Origin: an uncultured Fluviicola sp.
Lineage (GTDB): Bacteria; Bacteroidota; Bacteroidia; Flavobacteriales_D; Crocinitomicaceae
Assembly (NCBI GenBank): GCA_966248825.1
Contig: CBINBC010000015.1
Span: forward strand, 1-64,000
Direction: 5' to 3'
DNA length: 64,000 bases
Positions 1 to 10,095 of the stretch are shown piece after piece. The notes under the pieces are model-generated. The model did not search any database. It was not told where the DNA came from and saw only the letters and a program-made list of their open reading frames with translations. Positions within the stretch are counted from its first letter, which is position 1, and each line of letters starts with the position of its first letter. Both the position numbers and the translations under genes were made by a program.

Positions 1-2350
1 CAACGATTGAGCTCTCTGATGCAGATGTCAACTCCAATTCTCTTCCGCCATTACCGGTTCCATCCAATCGTGTGATGCGAGGAGTAAGTCCATAAGAAGA
101 CAAATGCATGGTTCCCATCGCTTCGGGAGCCGGGTCATGCGGAATCAATTCCAATACTTTCACTTCTCCAATCGCAGCTTTACGACTTCCCAGGAAAGGT
201 TTCTTCTGTCCGTCCAAAGCAATCGGATCTGTTGGATCGTAGGTCTTGTAATTGTTGTAAGCATAAGAAATAGCCATGAAGTAATAGCGCTTGAAATTAA
301 CCAGACGCCTGTCACCTGAAGAGAATAAATCTTCTGTGACCCGGAAAGAGTGACTGATCCCCAGATCTGCACCTTTCACCTTTTCCACCGGAAATGATGC
401 CTCAAGGTTTTCATCGTATTCAAAATTCACCAGGCGTTTAATTCCGTCCTTCAAATCCACTTGCGCAACCAGGCGCGCCTTGGTTGGATCCTCCAAATCG
501 GATACACTGACATTTGATTTTTCCAGCTGATAGATCATGTATCCCTGGAACCGGTAATACTTATCCGCATTAGGAACCGAAGTAACAATAAACGGATCCA
601 ATTCTTTGTAATCTTCCCGTTTATTATTCGAGGCAGAACCGTTGGATAAATAGAGAATCAATTCGTTCTTCAATTCCTGACCGGTTAAATCAGGAGCATG
701 CGGTCCCTCAAGTACCCGGAAACAGTTTTCGAACAATGCCTGTGCTTTGTCATCTGCCAAACGCAGTGCTTTAACGGATTCAAAAGGGTCTCCGCCGGCA
801 GACCTTGCCCAAACCATTCCCACGGTAATGTTGTTAACAGCACCGGGTTTCAGAACAAATGGTCCTGCTGATTGAAGAAAACGCCGGTCATAGGGCAAAT
901 TATTCGCAGTTTGTTCCGTCCATGCAGGTTGTGGAATTCCGCCTGTCCCCCATCCCAACGGATCAGTATCATCCGGGAACATGAAATCACAAGTTACACT
1001 CGGATTGACAGTCGGATCGGAAATATGCCCGTTGCCACCGTAGTAAAAAGGTGTATTGTCTTTCCACCTTCCTCTCAGGAAATTGTAATAATCCGCTGCA
1101 GTCGTTGGATCAGTCTGATTCGGATTTGCACCTCCTCCGGTATTGATGTAATAGAGGAAGCGTCTCATTCCATAACGTTCATTGTCCACAATTCCATCTC
1201 CGTAACCGATTCCGTTCAGTGCTTCTCCCGGACCAATTCCATAAGCATTATCTATCGAATCATTGTCCTGGTAAGGACCTTCAAAAAAATCTACCCCGGC
1301 AGCCGGTGGATTTGCCCCGTAACCGTAAAACCCCTGGTTATCTGCATCTACAGCATCTCCATTGTAGAAATATCCCAATCCGCGGCTCACATCACAACCC
1401 ACGTAATCATCAAAAGGATCTCCAAGTGCTCCGTCCACAAAAACCCCGAAATAGGTATTGTACAAAGTTTGGGTACCGCGGTTTATCAATTCGTAGTTGT
1501 AGAAGGTCATGTTATTGACCTCATCATTCGTAGCAAAAGCAAATGCCTGTGCACGGATTTCCATTCCAATAGGTTCACCCTGGGATTCGGTGTGGAGATT
1601 CCCTTTGTCATTCATTACCCACCACATATTAAAGTCTCCGTAAAGAGAAACTCTCCGGTCGGTTTTACAATCTTTCGTACCGTTAATGTCATACCAGGGA
1701 TAGTCTCCCTCTTCCCATTCATAATCTCCGTCATTATCCCGGTCAAAGAAAGGCGCCAAATGATAATCCTGTCCTTTACTCACATCTCCATGAGCCGGCC
1801 AGTTCTTAATAAACTCAGGGACCTGGTAATTCGGAAAATTGGCAGATTGAAGGCTTGTACCATTTTGCTGGTCTTGTATCCCGGCATTGTACCATGCATC
1901 GAACTGTCTTACCAGGTCTTTACTGGAAGTAAAGTGATTATCGTATTTCAGGCATTCGCTCGGATCAATTTCGGCTGTTCCGTTGGATAAAGGTCCGGTC
2001 CAGTAATCTTGTCCCTGGCGGTAACGCAGGGCAGCTAATTTCAACTGTCCGTTGATATCTGTTCCACCCAGCCAAAGAGCCGAAGTGAAAAAACACATGA
2101 TTTTTGAGTTCTTAGGAATTTCATATTGGGAGAAATTTTGACCGGGAACCTGCCATAAATTTCCTGCTGTGTGAACCATCGCACGCACATTGTTGTACTC
2201 CATATAAGTGGTTTTATTGGGAGGCGAACAACTGGCAGCTTTTGTCTGAACAGGATTTGTTTTGTTATCAACTCCTTGGTATACCTGGGCTGACAGGGAT
2301 TTTGAGCCAATTAAAAAACCGATGAGAAGGAATAATCGCATTTTCTTCAT
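1..2350 (-). CDS. Large secreted hypothetical protein, 5' portion only (more than 783 aa; the gene continues past the window start). It starts at the ATG at 2348-2350 (MKKMRLFLLIGFLIGSKSLSAQ signal peptide).
   Basis: A manual reverse-complement translation from 2350 gives an uninterrupted frame down to position 1. It has an N-terminal signal peptide and Gly/Asp/Asn/Tyr-rich beta-type composition (…FVDGALGDPFDDYVGCDVSRGLGYFYNGDAVDADNQGFYGYG…). The six-frame track does not list it because there is no stop codon in the window, and the + strand ORF at 872..1990 is its shadow. Confidence 0.7.
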   Translation of the reverse strand, partial: MKKMRLFLLIGFLIGSKSLSAQVYQGVDNKTNPVQTKAASCSPPNKTTYMEYNNVRAMVHTAGNLWQVPGQNFSQYEIPKNSKIMCFFTSALWLGGTDINGQLKLAALRYRQGQDYWTGPLSNGTAEIDPSECLKYDNHFTSSKDLVRQFDAWYNAGIQDQQNGTSLQSANFPNYQVPEFIKNWPAHGDVSKGQDYHLAPFFDRDNDGDYEWEEGDYPWYDINGTKDCKTDRRVSLYGDFNMWWVMNDKGNLHTESQGEPIGMEIRAQAFAFATNDEVNNMTFYNYELINRGTQTLYNTYFGVFVDGALGDPFDDYVGCDVSRGLGYFYNGDAVDADNQGFYGYGANPPAAGVDFFEGPYQDNDSIDNAYGIGPGEALNGIGYGDGIVDNERYGMRRFLYYINTGGGANPNQTDPTTAADYYNFLRGRWKDNTPFYYGGNGHISDPTVNPSVTCDFMFPDDTDPLGWGTGGIPQPAWTEQTANNLPYDRRFLQSAGPFVLKPGAVNNITVGMVWARSAGGDPFESVKALRLADDKAQALFENCFRVLEGPHAPDLTGQELKNELILYLSNGSASNNKREDYKELDPFIVTSVPNADKYYRFQGYMIYQLEKSNVSVSDLEDPTKARLVAQVDLKDGIKRLVNFEYDENLEASFPVEKVKGADLGISHSFRVTEDLFSSGDRRLVNFKRYYFMAISYAYNNYKTYDPTDPIALDGQKKPFLGSRKAAIGEVKVLELIPHDPAPEAMGTMHLSSYGLTPRITRLDGTGNGGRELELTSASESSIV

Positions 2351-2691
2351 AAATAGTTGCGAGTGAATATAGGCAAAAAACCAGAGTTCTAAAAAAGCAA
2401 TGAGACAAGGACATGTCGTTCCTTGCCTCATTACTTATCTAACCGACTATGGGTACTTATGTTATGTAGCAGCAGCTACTTCCGGAAGAAACGAAAACTA
2501 ACTAACCTAAAACTAACCTATCATGAAACAACCCTTCCGGAAGCCGGCTTTGTTTTGAATACAAACACATGGTTTAATCCGATAACTCAAAAGTAGCTTC
2601 GGAGTTGTTGTAATGAAATACCCGAAAAGGTTGTTTTTAAGTACTTGTTGGAAGTGAATGGATATCACTCAAACATGGAATTAGTCTACAA

Positions 2692-3975
2692 TTATCGTTT
2701 CCAGGCTACGACTTTTTCGAAATCGATCAGGAGCTGGTAGATGCTGTTGAATTTGTTGAAACTCAATTCTTCGTAGGAATCATACACATCGTGGTAATGT
2801 TTGTTTGGTCCCATGGTGTACATGAAGAATGCCGGAACACCTTTTTGCGTGAAGAAGTAATGGTCTGAATTCGCTGCCTGGCCTCTTGATCCGATCTTTG
2901 GCAGGAATTGTTGTTTGTCGTTGATGGATTTCAATACTTCAAACTGTTCCGGGAACACGGTCGCATTGACAACCGTCACTCCTTCTTCACCGCTACCCAT
3001 GATATCGAGGTTGAACAAGAATTGGATTTCTTTCAATGGAAAAACCGGATTCTCTGTGTAGTGCTTACTTCCCAGCAAACCTACTTCTTCTCCGGCAAAT
3101 GCCATAAAAACGATGTTTACTTCTGCAGGATTATTGACGTAATAACGGGCCATTTCCAGCAAAAGCGCCGTTCCTGAAGCGTTGTCATTCCCACCCGGAA
3201 AATAAGCTTCCTGTCCCATCTGTCCGAGGTGGTCGTAATGTGCGCTAAACACAAAATATTTTTTGGATTTCTTCTTTGCCGGAACGTAAGCAATCACATT
3301 TCTTGCTGTATGATTCACCAGTTTTGCATCAATCTGAATACTGAAGACCCATTCATCCAGGGAAGCATCCAATGCACTTGACTGCACCTGCAATAGAGGA
3401 AAACGACTTTGTTCCTGGCTTACACTCCATGTAAACTTAGTATCAAACAATTCAACAACCGGCATTGACTGACCCAGGGTATTTGCCAGCTCTTTGGCTT
3501 TTTTCAGAGTGTCTCCTTTCCACAAACTGAAGTGAAATGCAAAACCAATTCCCGTTTTGGAACCGTTCATGGCTGCCTGGCTGATCTTATTTTTCAGTTT
3601 TTTGCCATTGAAAATTTCTTCGGTTGAAATGCGGTATATTTTTAAGCTGTCTGTAAAAAATGACGGGCAGGAAGGATCAACTACAAATTCTTTTCCCGGT
3701 ATCAAAGCTTTCCCGTTTACGGAACAAGACATGCGATTGGGAAAAGTATTGACTTTGAATTGAAAAGGCTGATAGGGAGATTCCTTAAAGAATTTACAGC
3801 CCATTTTTTCGAATTCGCCTGCTATAAAATTGGCAGCGATAGAATCCCCTCCATTTACATAACCCCGACCGTGAAAAGCCGGTGAACATAATTTCTCAAC
3901 GGTCAAACGACCCTGTTCTACCTGCCCGAACCCGAGCAATGGTACAAAAACCAGCAGGAAACCGAATTTATGCAT
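2692..3975 (-). CDS. M28 family zinc aminopeptidase, secreted
   Basis: Signal peptide MHKFGFLLVFVPLLGFGQ. M28 metal-ligand motifs are present: FSAHYDHLG, GGNDNASGTALLLEMARYY, AFAGEEVGLLGSKHY and NLDIMGSGEEG. Confidence 0.85.
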   Translation of the reverse strand: MHKFGFLLVFVPLLGFGQVEQGRLTVEKLCSPAFHGRGYVNGGDSIAANFIAGEFEKMGCKFFKESPYQPFQFKVNTFPNRMSCSVNGKALIPGKEFVVDPSCPSFFTDSLKIYRISTEEIFNGKKLKNKISQAAMNGSKTGIGFAFHFSLWKGDTLKKAKELANTLGQSMPVVELFDTKFTWSVSQEQSRFPLLQVQSSALDASLDEWVFSIQIDAKLVNHTARNVIAYVPAKKKSKKYFVFSAHYDHLGQMGQEAYFPGGNDNASGTALLLEMARYYVNNPAEVNIVFMAFAGEEVGLLGSKHYTENPVFPLKEIQFLFNLDIMGSGEEGVTVVNATVFPEQFEVLKSINDKQQFLPKIGSRGQAANSDHYFFTQKGVPAFFMYTMGPNKHYHDVYDSYEELSFNKFNSIYQLLIDFEKVVAWKR

Positions 3976-4795
3976 ATTTGCGCTCTACTTTTTGAACGAG
4001 TTCAATCGCCAGTTGACTGTCTGCGTCCCAGTGATACTTATTTGCATAACTGCTTACCAAAGACCTTGCCTGATCTTTCGAAGTAATATGCTCTATCTGG
4101 TCTATCAGGCTGTTGAATTCGTCATTGGAGCCATTGAATAGTTCCTGGATAATCTGCAGACGTTCATTAAATCCGAAAGCACCTTTCAGGGTTTCCAGTC
4201 GAACAGACATTAAACGTGCTGCCAAAGTACCGTCATTGGAATTCAATTTTCCATAAATCGGATGTAGTCCCTGTGTATTCTCGATCGGTGCTGCAAAAGC
4301 AGGTTCAGGAATCACCGGAGCTTTTTCTTCTTCTTTTTCAATTTCCCTTACAGGTTCAACAAATGGCTGGACAGGATCCTCTTCAACAGGCTCTTCCTCC
4401 ACCTTATAATCAATCAATTCGAAAGGAATTTCTTCTTCTCTCGATGTTATATCTTCGTCAGATACAATCTCAGTCTTCGGAAGCGGTGCTTCCTCTTCGG
4501 CATCCATTCCGAACAGGTCAAAAGACGGTTCTTCTTCTGGTTCCGGGTGAACTTCCTGGGCTTCGATAATCGGAACAATTTCTTCCTTTACTGCAACAGG
4601 AGTTTCCGAAACAGGAGCAGTACCCGAACGTCCGTAAACCTTTGACTCTATAGCTTTATACCGCAAAATAATTGCGCGCTCATTCAATTGATTGGCAGCT
4701 GCCGCAAAAGCTTCCAATTCATTCATGGTAGCTTCTCCGGACTTTATTTTTGCTAATAAGGCTGTCATTTCTTCGATCAATGCGTGCATTTCCAT
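3968..4795 (-). CDS. Hypothetical acidic (Glu/Pro-rich) protein
   Basis: 275-aa ORF overlapping the M28 start by 8 nt. The central region is low-complexity E/P/V-rich, with no recognisable catalytic motif. Confidence 0.5.
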   Translation of the reverse strand: MEMHALIEEMTALLAKIKSGEATMNELEAFAAAANQLNERAIILRYKAIESKVYGRSGTAPVSETPVAVKEEIVPIIEAQEVHPEPEEEPSFDLFGMDAEEEAPLPKTEIVSDEDITSREEEIPFELIDYKVEEEPVEEDPVQPFVEPVREIEKEEEKAPVIPEPAFAAPIENTQGLHPIYGKLNSNDGTLAARLMSVRLETLKGAFGFNERLQIIQELFNGSNDEFNSLIDQIEHITSKDQARSLVSSYANKYHWDADSQLAIELVQKVERKYA

Positions 4796-4963
4796 ATTTC
4801 CTGTATTTCGAAATTTTTCAACATTTGCTGCAACTTGTAAACCTCGCTTCGATTCGGAACCGATAAATCACAATTTTTGCAGTATAAAATTACAATTCGT
4901 AAAAGTCCTTTTCGTTTCAAATATGAATAGTTGTTTATACCGGATTGTTGATAACCCTGAAAA

Positions 4964-5542
4964 ATGATGTTTTTAGAGCAAATTCCTTCTGAAGCAAGAC
5001 AAAACGGATGGATTGAAGTGATCTGCGGATCGATGTTTTCCGGAAAAACCGAAGAATTGATACGTCGTTTGAAACGCGTTGAATTTGCACAGCAAAAACT
5101 GCTACTTTTCAAACCTGCCATTGATAATCGTTACCACGAAGAGCAAGTCGTAAGTCACAAAGGTTCTTCCCTGGAAGCAATTCCCGTAAAAAGTTCGGAT
5201 GAAATCATGAAGCATTGGAAAAAAGAACGCATTGTTGCAATCGATGAAGCCCAATTCTTTGATGAAGGTTTGGTAGCTATATGTACTGATCTGGCCAGGC
5301 AAGGTGTCCGCGTGATTATTGCAGGATTGGATATGGATTATTTGGGCAAACCATTCGGTCCGATGCCTTCCCTGCTTTGCATGGCAGAATATGTGACAAA
5401 AGTACACGCGATTTGCGTTTCATGTGGTAACTTAGCACAATACTCTCATCGCACTTCCAAGGATGAGGGACAGGTATTGGTTGGTGCGGTTGAGACATAT
5501 GAACCGCTTTGCCGCAGTTGTTACAATAAAATTGAGCATTGA
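4964..5542 (+). CDS. tdk: Thymidine kinase
   Basis: P-loop GSMFSGKTEELIRR, IDEAQFF, a C-terminal Cys zinc motif (CVSCG…CRSCY) and typical TK length (192 aa). Confidence 0.92.
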   Translation: MMFLEQIPSEARQNGWIEVICGSMFSGKTEELIRRLKRVEFAQQKLLLFKPAIDNRYHEEQVVSHKGSSLEAIPVKSSDEIMKHWKKERIVAIDEAQFFDEGLVAICTDLARQGVRVIIAGLDMDYLGKPFGPMPSLLCMAEYVTKVHAICVSCGNLAQYSHRTSKDEGQVLVGAVETYEPLCRSCYNKIEH

Positions 5543-7827
5543 GATTAAATTATTCCATTGAAGCGTGTGCGGAAATTTTTGAAGCAGAAGTAATCGGTTC
5601 AAGCATCGATTCCATTCTGCACGTTTATTTTGATTCCCGCAAAATTCAACAGTCAAAAGGAGCACTTTTTTTTGCTTTATCCGGTCATTCAAGATCTGGA
5701 AATGACTTTATTGACCATGCCTATCAACAAGGAATCCGTTTTTTTGTAATTGCGAAAAATACAAACCTCACTTTCCAACCGGACGCAGTTTACTTCAAAG
5801 TAGAGGATGTTCTCGGTGCACTTCAAAAATTAGCCGGATATCACCGCAGAAAATTCACTTATCCGGTTGTTGCGATTACCGGAAGTGTCGGAAAAACAAC
5901 GTTCAAAGAATGGATCTTTCACTGTATTTCTGACAAATTCAAAGTTGTCCGAAGCCCCAAGAGTTTCAACTCACAGATCGGCGTGGCTTTGTCGCTTTTG
6001 GAAATGCATGAAGACGCTTCCATTGCCTTTATCGAAGCCGGGATTTCGAAGCCGGGGGAAATGAAAATTCTGCAGGAAATGATACAGCCCGACTACGGGA
6101 TCTTTACAGCCTTTGGAAAAGCGCATCGCGAGAACTTTGCAAATAACGAAGCTCATTTGTTGGAAAAATGGGTGCTTTTCCGCGAATGCCGTTTGGCGTT
6201 TATCCCACATACATTTGCTGATCTTGAAAACCGTCTTCCCGGAAATTTCCAGGTTTGCCAATCTTACGAGAATCATCGTTTTCCGGCGGGATACAATGGG
6301 ATGCTGGGTGTTCTGAAAACATTCCTGGCTTACCTGCAGTTGGACCCGTTAGAAATTAAAGCCCGAATGGATTCTCTTCCGACACTTGCACTGCGCATGG
6401 AAGTTTTCGAAGGAATCAACGGGAATACGATCATCAACGATACATACAACATGGACCTGGATGCGTTGGGTGAAGCACTGATTTATCAACGACAGTTAAC
6501 CCCGGAAAAAAAACGGATTGTTGTTATCGGTTTATCAGAAAGGCATCAGCACGAAAAACTGGAAATTGAAAAACTGATTCAATCATTCAACCCCGACGAA
6601 TTCCATTTTATCCCTGAAGGGAAATCTATTCCATGGGAGAACTTCCACAATTCGGTTGTCCTGGTAAAAGCGCATAGAGATCGTGCTTTCGAGTATGAAG
6701 TTGCCCGGGGGAAAGCATTGAAACACCGCACCATTGTGGAGATCAACCTGAGTGCTATCAAGCGGAACATTTCGTTCTATCAATCCCGTTTACCGAAAGA
6801 CGTGAAAATCCTGGCCATGGTCAAGGCTTCTTCTTACGGATCAGGCGCTGATAAAGTTGCCCCGTTCCTGCAGCAAATCGGTATAAGAAATTTCGGAGTA
6901 GCCTTTGCCGATGAAGGAGTTGAATTGCGAAAAGCAGGAATCGGTGTTTCTTCATCAATTGTTGTGATGAACCCGGATCCGGAACACAGCGACCTGATTA
7001 TCGAATACCGCCTGGAACCGGCTATTTATTCTTTTGAACAACTCGATGAATTCATTACGACTTTGATCCACCGCAATATTTCTGCTTACCCGATCCATTT
7101 GAAATTTGATACGGGAATGCACCGCTTGGGATTTGCACCGACCGATAAAGAGCGTGTTTTGGCAGTTGTCAACTCGCAGCCTGAAGTACAGATCAAAGGA
7201 ATTTATTCGCATCTGGCAGATGCCGATAACCCAAACCACAGCTCATTTACACAAAAACAGTTGGCTTCCTTCGATTCGATCGTTTCTTATTTCCGGGCAC
7301 ACAGTTCGGATTCCTTTTCAGCTCACATTCTCAACTCGGAGGGTTCTCTGCGTTACCCTGAAAATTGTTACGACATGATCCGTCTCGGGATTTCCATGTA
7401 CGGATATACCGAAAATCAGGAATTGAAAGCTTCTCTTGAAGCAAGTGTTTCCTGGTACAGTTCCATTTCACAGATCAAAGCCGTTCCCAAAGGTGATTTT
7501 ATCGGTTATGGGATTTCTTATGAAGCCATGGAGGATATGAGCATTGCAATTGTACCTGTCGGTTACGCGGACGGTTTCAGACGCAGTTTAAGCAACGGAA
7601 AGGGTTCCGTATACATTCACGGGATTAAATGTCCGGTGGTTGGCCGCGTTTGCATGGATATGATCATGGTAGATATCAGCTCGGTGAATGCGAAGATCAA
7701 TGACGCGGTTGAAATTATCGGACAGAACCAACCCATGGATGTGTTTGCGAAAGCTATGGACACCATTCCATACGAGGTGATGACCGGATTATCGCGGAGG
7801 ATGCACCGGGTCTATGTGGAAGATTAA
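5539..7827 (+). CDS. murF: Bifunctional UDP-MurNAc-tripeptide--D-Ala-D-Ala ligase (MurF) / alanine racemase (Alr) fusion
   Basis: The N-terminal half has the Mur ligase P-loop ITGSVGKTTFKEW. The C-terminal half has the alanine racemase PLP motif (MVKASSYGSGADKVA) and the C-terminal racemase fold (…VCMDMIMVD…). The track start is a TTG at 5539 overlapping the tdk stop, so the true start is uncertain. Confidence 0.85.
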   Translation: MRLNYSIEACAEIFEAEVIGSSIDSILHVYFDSRKIQQSKGALFFALSGHSRSGNDFIDHAYQQGIRFFVIAKNTNLTFQPDAVYFKVEDVLGALQKLAGYHRRKFTYPVVAITGSVGKTTFKEWIFHCISDKFKVVRSPKSFNSQIGVALSLLEMHEDASIAFIEAGISKPGEMKILQEMIQPDYGIFTAFGKAHRENFANNEAHLLEKWVLFRECRLAFIPHTFADLENRLPGNFQVCQSYENHRFPAGYNGMLGVLKTFLAYLQLDPLEIKARMDSLPTLALRMEVFEGINGNTIINDTYNMDLDALGEALIYQRQLTPEKKRIVVIGLSERHQHEKLEIEKLIQSFNPDEFHFIPEGKSIPWENFHNSVVLVKAHRDRAFEYEVARGKALKHRTIVEINLSAIKRNISFYQSRLPKDVKILAMVKASSYGSGADKVAPFLQQIGIRNFGVAFADEGVELRKAGIGVSSSIVVMNPDPEHSDLIIEYRLEPAIYSFEQLDEFITTLIHRNISAYPIHLKFDTGMHRLGFAPTDKERVLAVVNSQPEVQIKGIYSHLADADNPNHSSFTQKQLASFDSIVSYFRAHSSDSFSAHILNSEGSLRYPENCYDMIRLGISMYGYTENQELKASLEASVSWYSSISQIKAVPKGDFIGYGISYEAMEDMSIAIVPVGYADGFRRSLSNGKGSVYIHGIKCPVVGRVCMDMIMVDISSVNAKINDAVEIIGQNQPMDVFAKAMDTIPYEVMTGLSRRMHRVYVED

Positions 7828-7941
7828 GGTTTCCCGCAGAGGTTCGCAGAAAATATATAACCGCGGAAAGCGCAAAGAGCAGTATTAACAATTTCTCCGA
7901 GCAATTTTTGGAAACAAGCGGTCTTCACTATAAAAAGAAAC

Positions 7942-8697
7942 TTATTCTTTCCGGTAGAAAATGGCCTCCACCCGGCGGTTCATCGACATGTGTGTTTCCG
8001 AGTCGTCGGGGAACAATTCCATGGTATTGCTAAAACCTTCTGCTGACATGCGCGCCTTGTCCACACCATTCGAGATCAGGTATTGTCTCACCGCTTCAGC
8101 TCGTTTGATAGAAAGCGGCATATCGTTATCGCAGCAGACATGGCCGTGAAGCTTCACCAGAAGTGTGGTATCTTCCAGCATCAACGCTTTCAGCTTTTCA
8201 AGATTCGGATAGGAAGTGGTCAGAAAAATCGCTTGTCCGCCAACGAAATTAATGTTCAGGTTGACCGGTTTATTGAGTTCAAAAGCGAGCTTTGGTTTCT
8301 CAACTACCTTTTTCTCATAAATCAACACATCCACCCTGCGATTCAATTCATCCGGAGCGGTTCTGAAACCGGAAGTTTCATTCGCATTTACAGTCTCCAC
8401 GCTCACTTGCTTTAACCCGGAACTTTTCAATAACGTTTCAACTGACCTTATCCGGTCGGCGGCTAAATCCCTGTTTCTTTTCAAAGATCCCGTTGAATCC
8501 GTATACCCGATCAGTTTTAGGTTGGTCACTGAAGAAGCATCCAGTTTATCCAATTGTGCCAATAGCTTTTCTGCATCCAGGATCTCTGATTGATTGTATG
8601 CGAAAGACGCGCTAAGTGAATCTTTGAGGATTTCGTTTTGTGTGAAGCAAGGCACCGCTAAAAAAAAGATAAATAGGGAAAGTATGATTGGTTTCAT
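7942..8697 (-). CDS. OmpA-family outer-membrane/peptidoglycan-associated protein (two OmpA-like segments)
   Basis: Signal peptide. C-terminal OmpA_C-like motif (LHGHVCCDNDMPLSIKRAEAVRQYLISNGV…NRRVEAIFY) and an upstream degenerate copy (LIGYTDSTGSLKRNRDLAADRIRSVETLL…NRRVDVLI). Confidence 0.8.
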   Translation of the reverse strand: MKPIILSLFIFFLAVPCFTQNEILKDSLSASFAYNQSEILDAEKLLAQLDKLDASSVTNLKLIGYTDSTGSLKRNRDLAADRIRSVETLLKSSGLKQVSVETVNANETSGFRTAPDELNRRVDVLIYEKKVVEKPKLAFELNKPVNLNINFVGGQAIFLTTSYPNLEKLKALMLEDTTLLVKLHGHVCCDNDMPLSIKRAEAVRQYLISNGVDKARMSAEGFSNTMELFPDDSETHMSMNRRVEAIFYRKE

Positions 8698-8726
8698 AAG
8701 TCAATTTTAGATGAAACGGAAAAAAG

Positions 8727-9134
8727 CTATTTTGTTACATCCAGCTTCGAAATCCAATCGCGGGCATCTTCAAAATTAGAAAAAGTCTTCATCGGGATCG
8801 GAGGTTTTTTCATTCCGTAAATAAGATTGATGATAAAACCGGTTAATTTATTCGGAGCGATCATTGCCATTGCCGAATACGTCAAAGGAAGTTCTTTTGC
8901 TGCCAATTCACGCGTTGGTTTATCCGGTACCGGTGATTTCGCTATAGAGATAATCAGCTTGACCGGCTTATAATCGTTCAATGATTTCACCAAAGCCACA
9001 TTGGAAGCAATGGTTTCCACCGTTCTGTTTGTGGATTTAGATGCTGCATATATGATATCCGGAGATACCCGCCAGTATTTAGCAAGCTCCGATTCTCCGA
9101 TGATGGGATTCCGGATCAATTCTTCAAACTTCAT
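8727..9134 (-). CDS. Hypothetical protein (STAS/SpoIIAA-like small alpha/beta protein suggested)
   Basis: 135 aa with no catalytic motifs. Its start lies 3 nt after the stop of the upstream AraC-HTH/Ogt gene, so the two are probably translationally coupled. Confidence 0.4.
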   Translation of the reverse strand: MKFEELIRNPIIGESELAKYWRVSPDIIYAASKSTNRTVETIASNVALVKSLNDYKPVKLIISIAKSPVPDKPTRELAAKELPLTYSAMAMIAPNKLTGFIINLIYGMKKPPIPMKTFSNFEDARDWISKLDVTK

Positions 9135-9136
9135 AA

Positions 9137-9970
9137 TTATTTTTCAATTGCCAATATAATACGTTTACGCCAGTTTCCCCAACGGAAATTCCCGATTTTT
9201 CCACTTTGCTTTACTGTTCGGTGACAGGGAATTAATAAAGCAATAGGGTTTGAAGCAACAGCTCCCCCAATGACTTTTGATAAATTCGGATCGCCCAGTT
9301 CCGCGGCAAGATCACTATAAGTAACTAAATCTGATCTACCAAGAGCCTGAAGCCGGTTCCAAACACTTACCTGGAACGGTGTTGCCTTTACAGCAACCGG
9401 AATAACCGGAATATTTTCTGTTTTCACAAAATAGCTCATCAACGCCTGGTAGGCCAATTCATGCAATGCTGTTCGCTCTTCTTTGATCATACTTTTAGGA
9501 AAAGTTTTCCTCAAACGGATCGGCCCCACTTCCGAATCTTCAAATGTCACCTGGCAAATACCGGATTCATGGCTTGCGATAAATACATTTCCTAAAAAAT
9601 AAGGAAAGATGGAATAGTACACTTCTTCGGGTGATTCCTCGATTATCTGAATGTCGAGATCAATTTGCACGGACGACTTTTCGAGTTCATCAACCGAATC
9701 AAAAATGGAAATTTGCGCCTGTTGTTTATCAACACGAGCCAAAGACGGAGAAAAAGCATCCTGCACAAAACGGGTGGGATCTTTCCCTAAATACTCCTGG
9801 AACAAATGCTGTGTTTCCCATTCTCCAAGTCCCAAATATTTTGATAATTCTTCGATAGTAATACCAACCTGCTGGGAATCAAGCATCCATTTCAGGGTCT
9901 TGAAAAGTAAATCAACTCGCGGAGATTGGTATGAAAAATCAGCTTCCATTGCAGGCCGAAAGTTAGGCAA
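9137..9970 (-). CDS. ogt: Ada-like AraC-type HTH / O6-methylguanine-DNA methyltransferase fusion. It lacks the N-terminal Zn methylphosphotriester domain.
   Basis: C-terminal MGMT active site LIPCHRTVKQSGKIGNFRWG, an MGMT N-domain (FIASHESGICQVTFEDS) and an N-terminal AraC-like HTH (ITIEELSKYLGLGEWETQHLFQEYLGKDPTRFV). Confidence 0.8.
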   Translation of the reverse strand: MPNFRPAMEADFSYQSPRVDLLFKTLKWMLDSQQVGITIEELSKYLGLGEWETQHLFQEYLGKDPTRFVQDAFSPSLARVDKQQAQISIFDSVDELEKSSVQIDLDIQIIEESPEEVYYSIFPYFLGNVFIASHESGICQVTFEDSEVGPIRLRKTFPKSMIKEERTALHELAYQALMSYFVKTENIPVIPVAVKATPFQVSVWNRLQALGRSDLVTYSDLAAELGDPNLSKVIGGAVASNPIALLIPCHRTVKQSGKIGNFRWGNWRKRIILAIEK

Positions 9971-10095
9971 AAGAAGTGAACTGTTGATGTTTTAGCCGGT
10001 AAACGGTTAATTTCTTGTCAGAATTGTGGATAACAATCCGGTTGTGAATCTGATTACAACATGAACACTTCAAATTAGCTAAAAATTATCAGCTG

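Noticed and set aside
872-1990. 372-aa plus-strand ORF
   Set aside because: It lies entirely antisense to the long uninterrupted minus-strand reading frame (1-2350) that has a proper signal peptide. Its translation is low-complexity (I/S/R-rich), so it is a shadow ORF.
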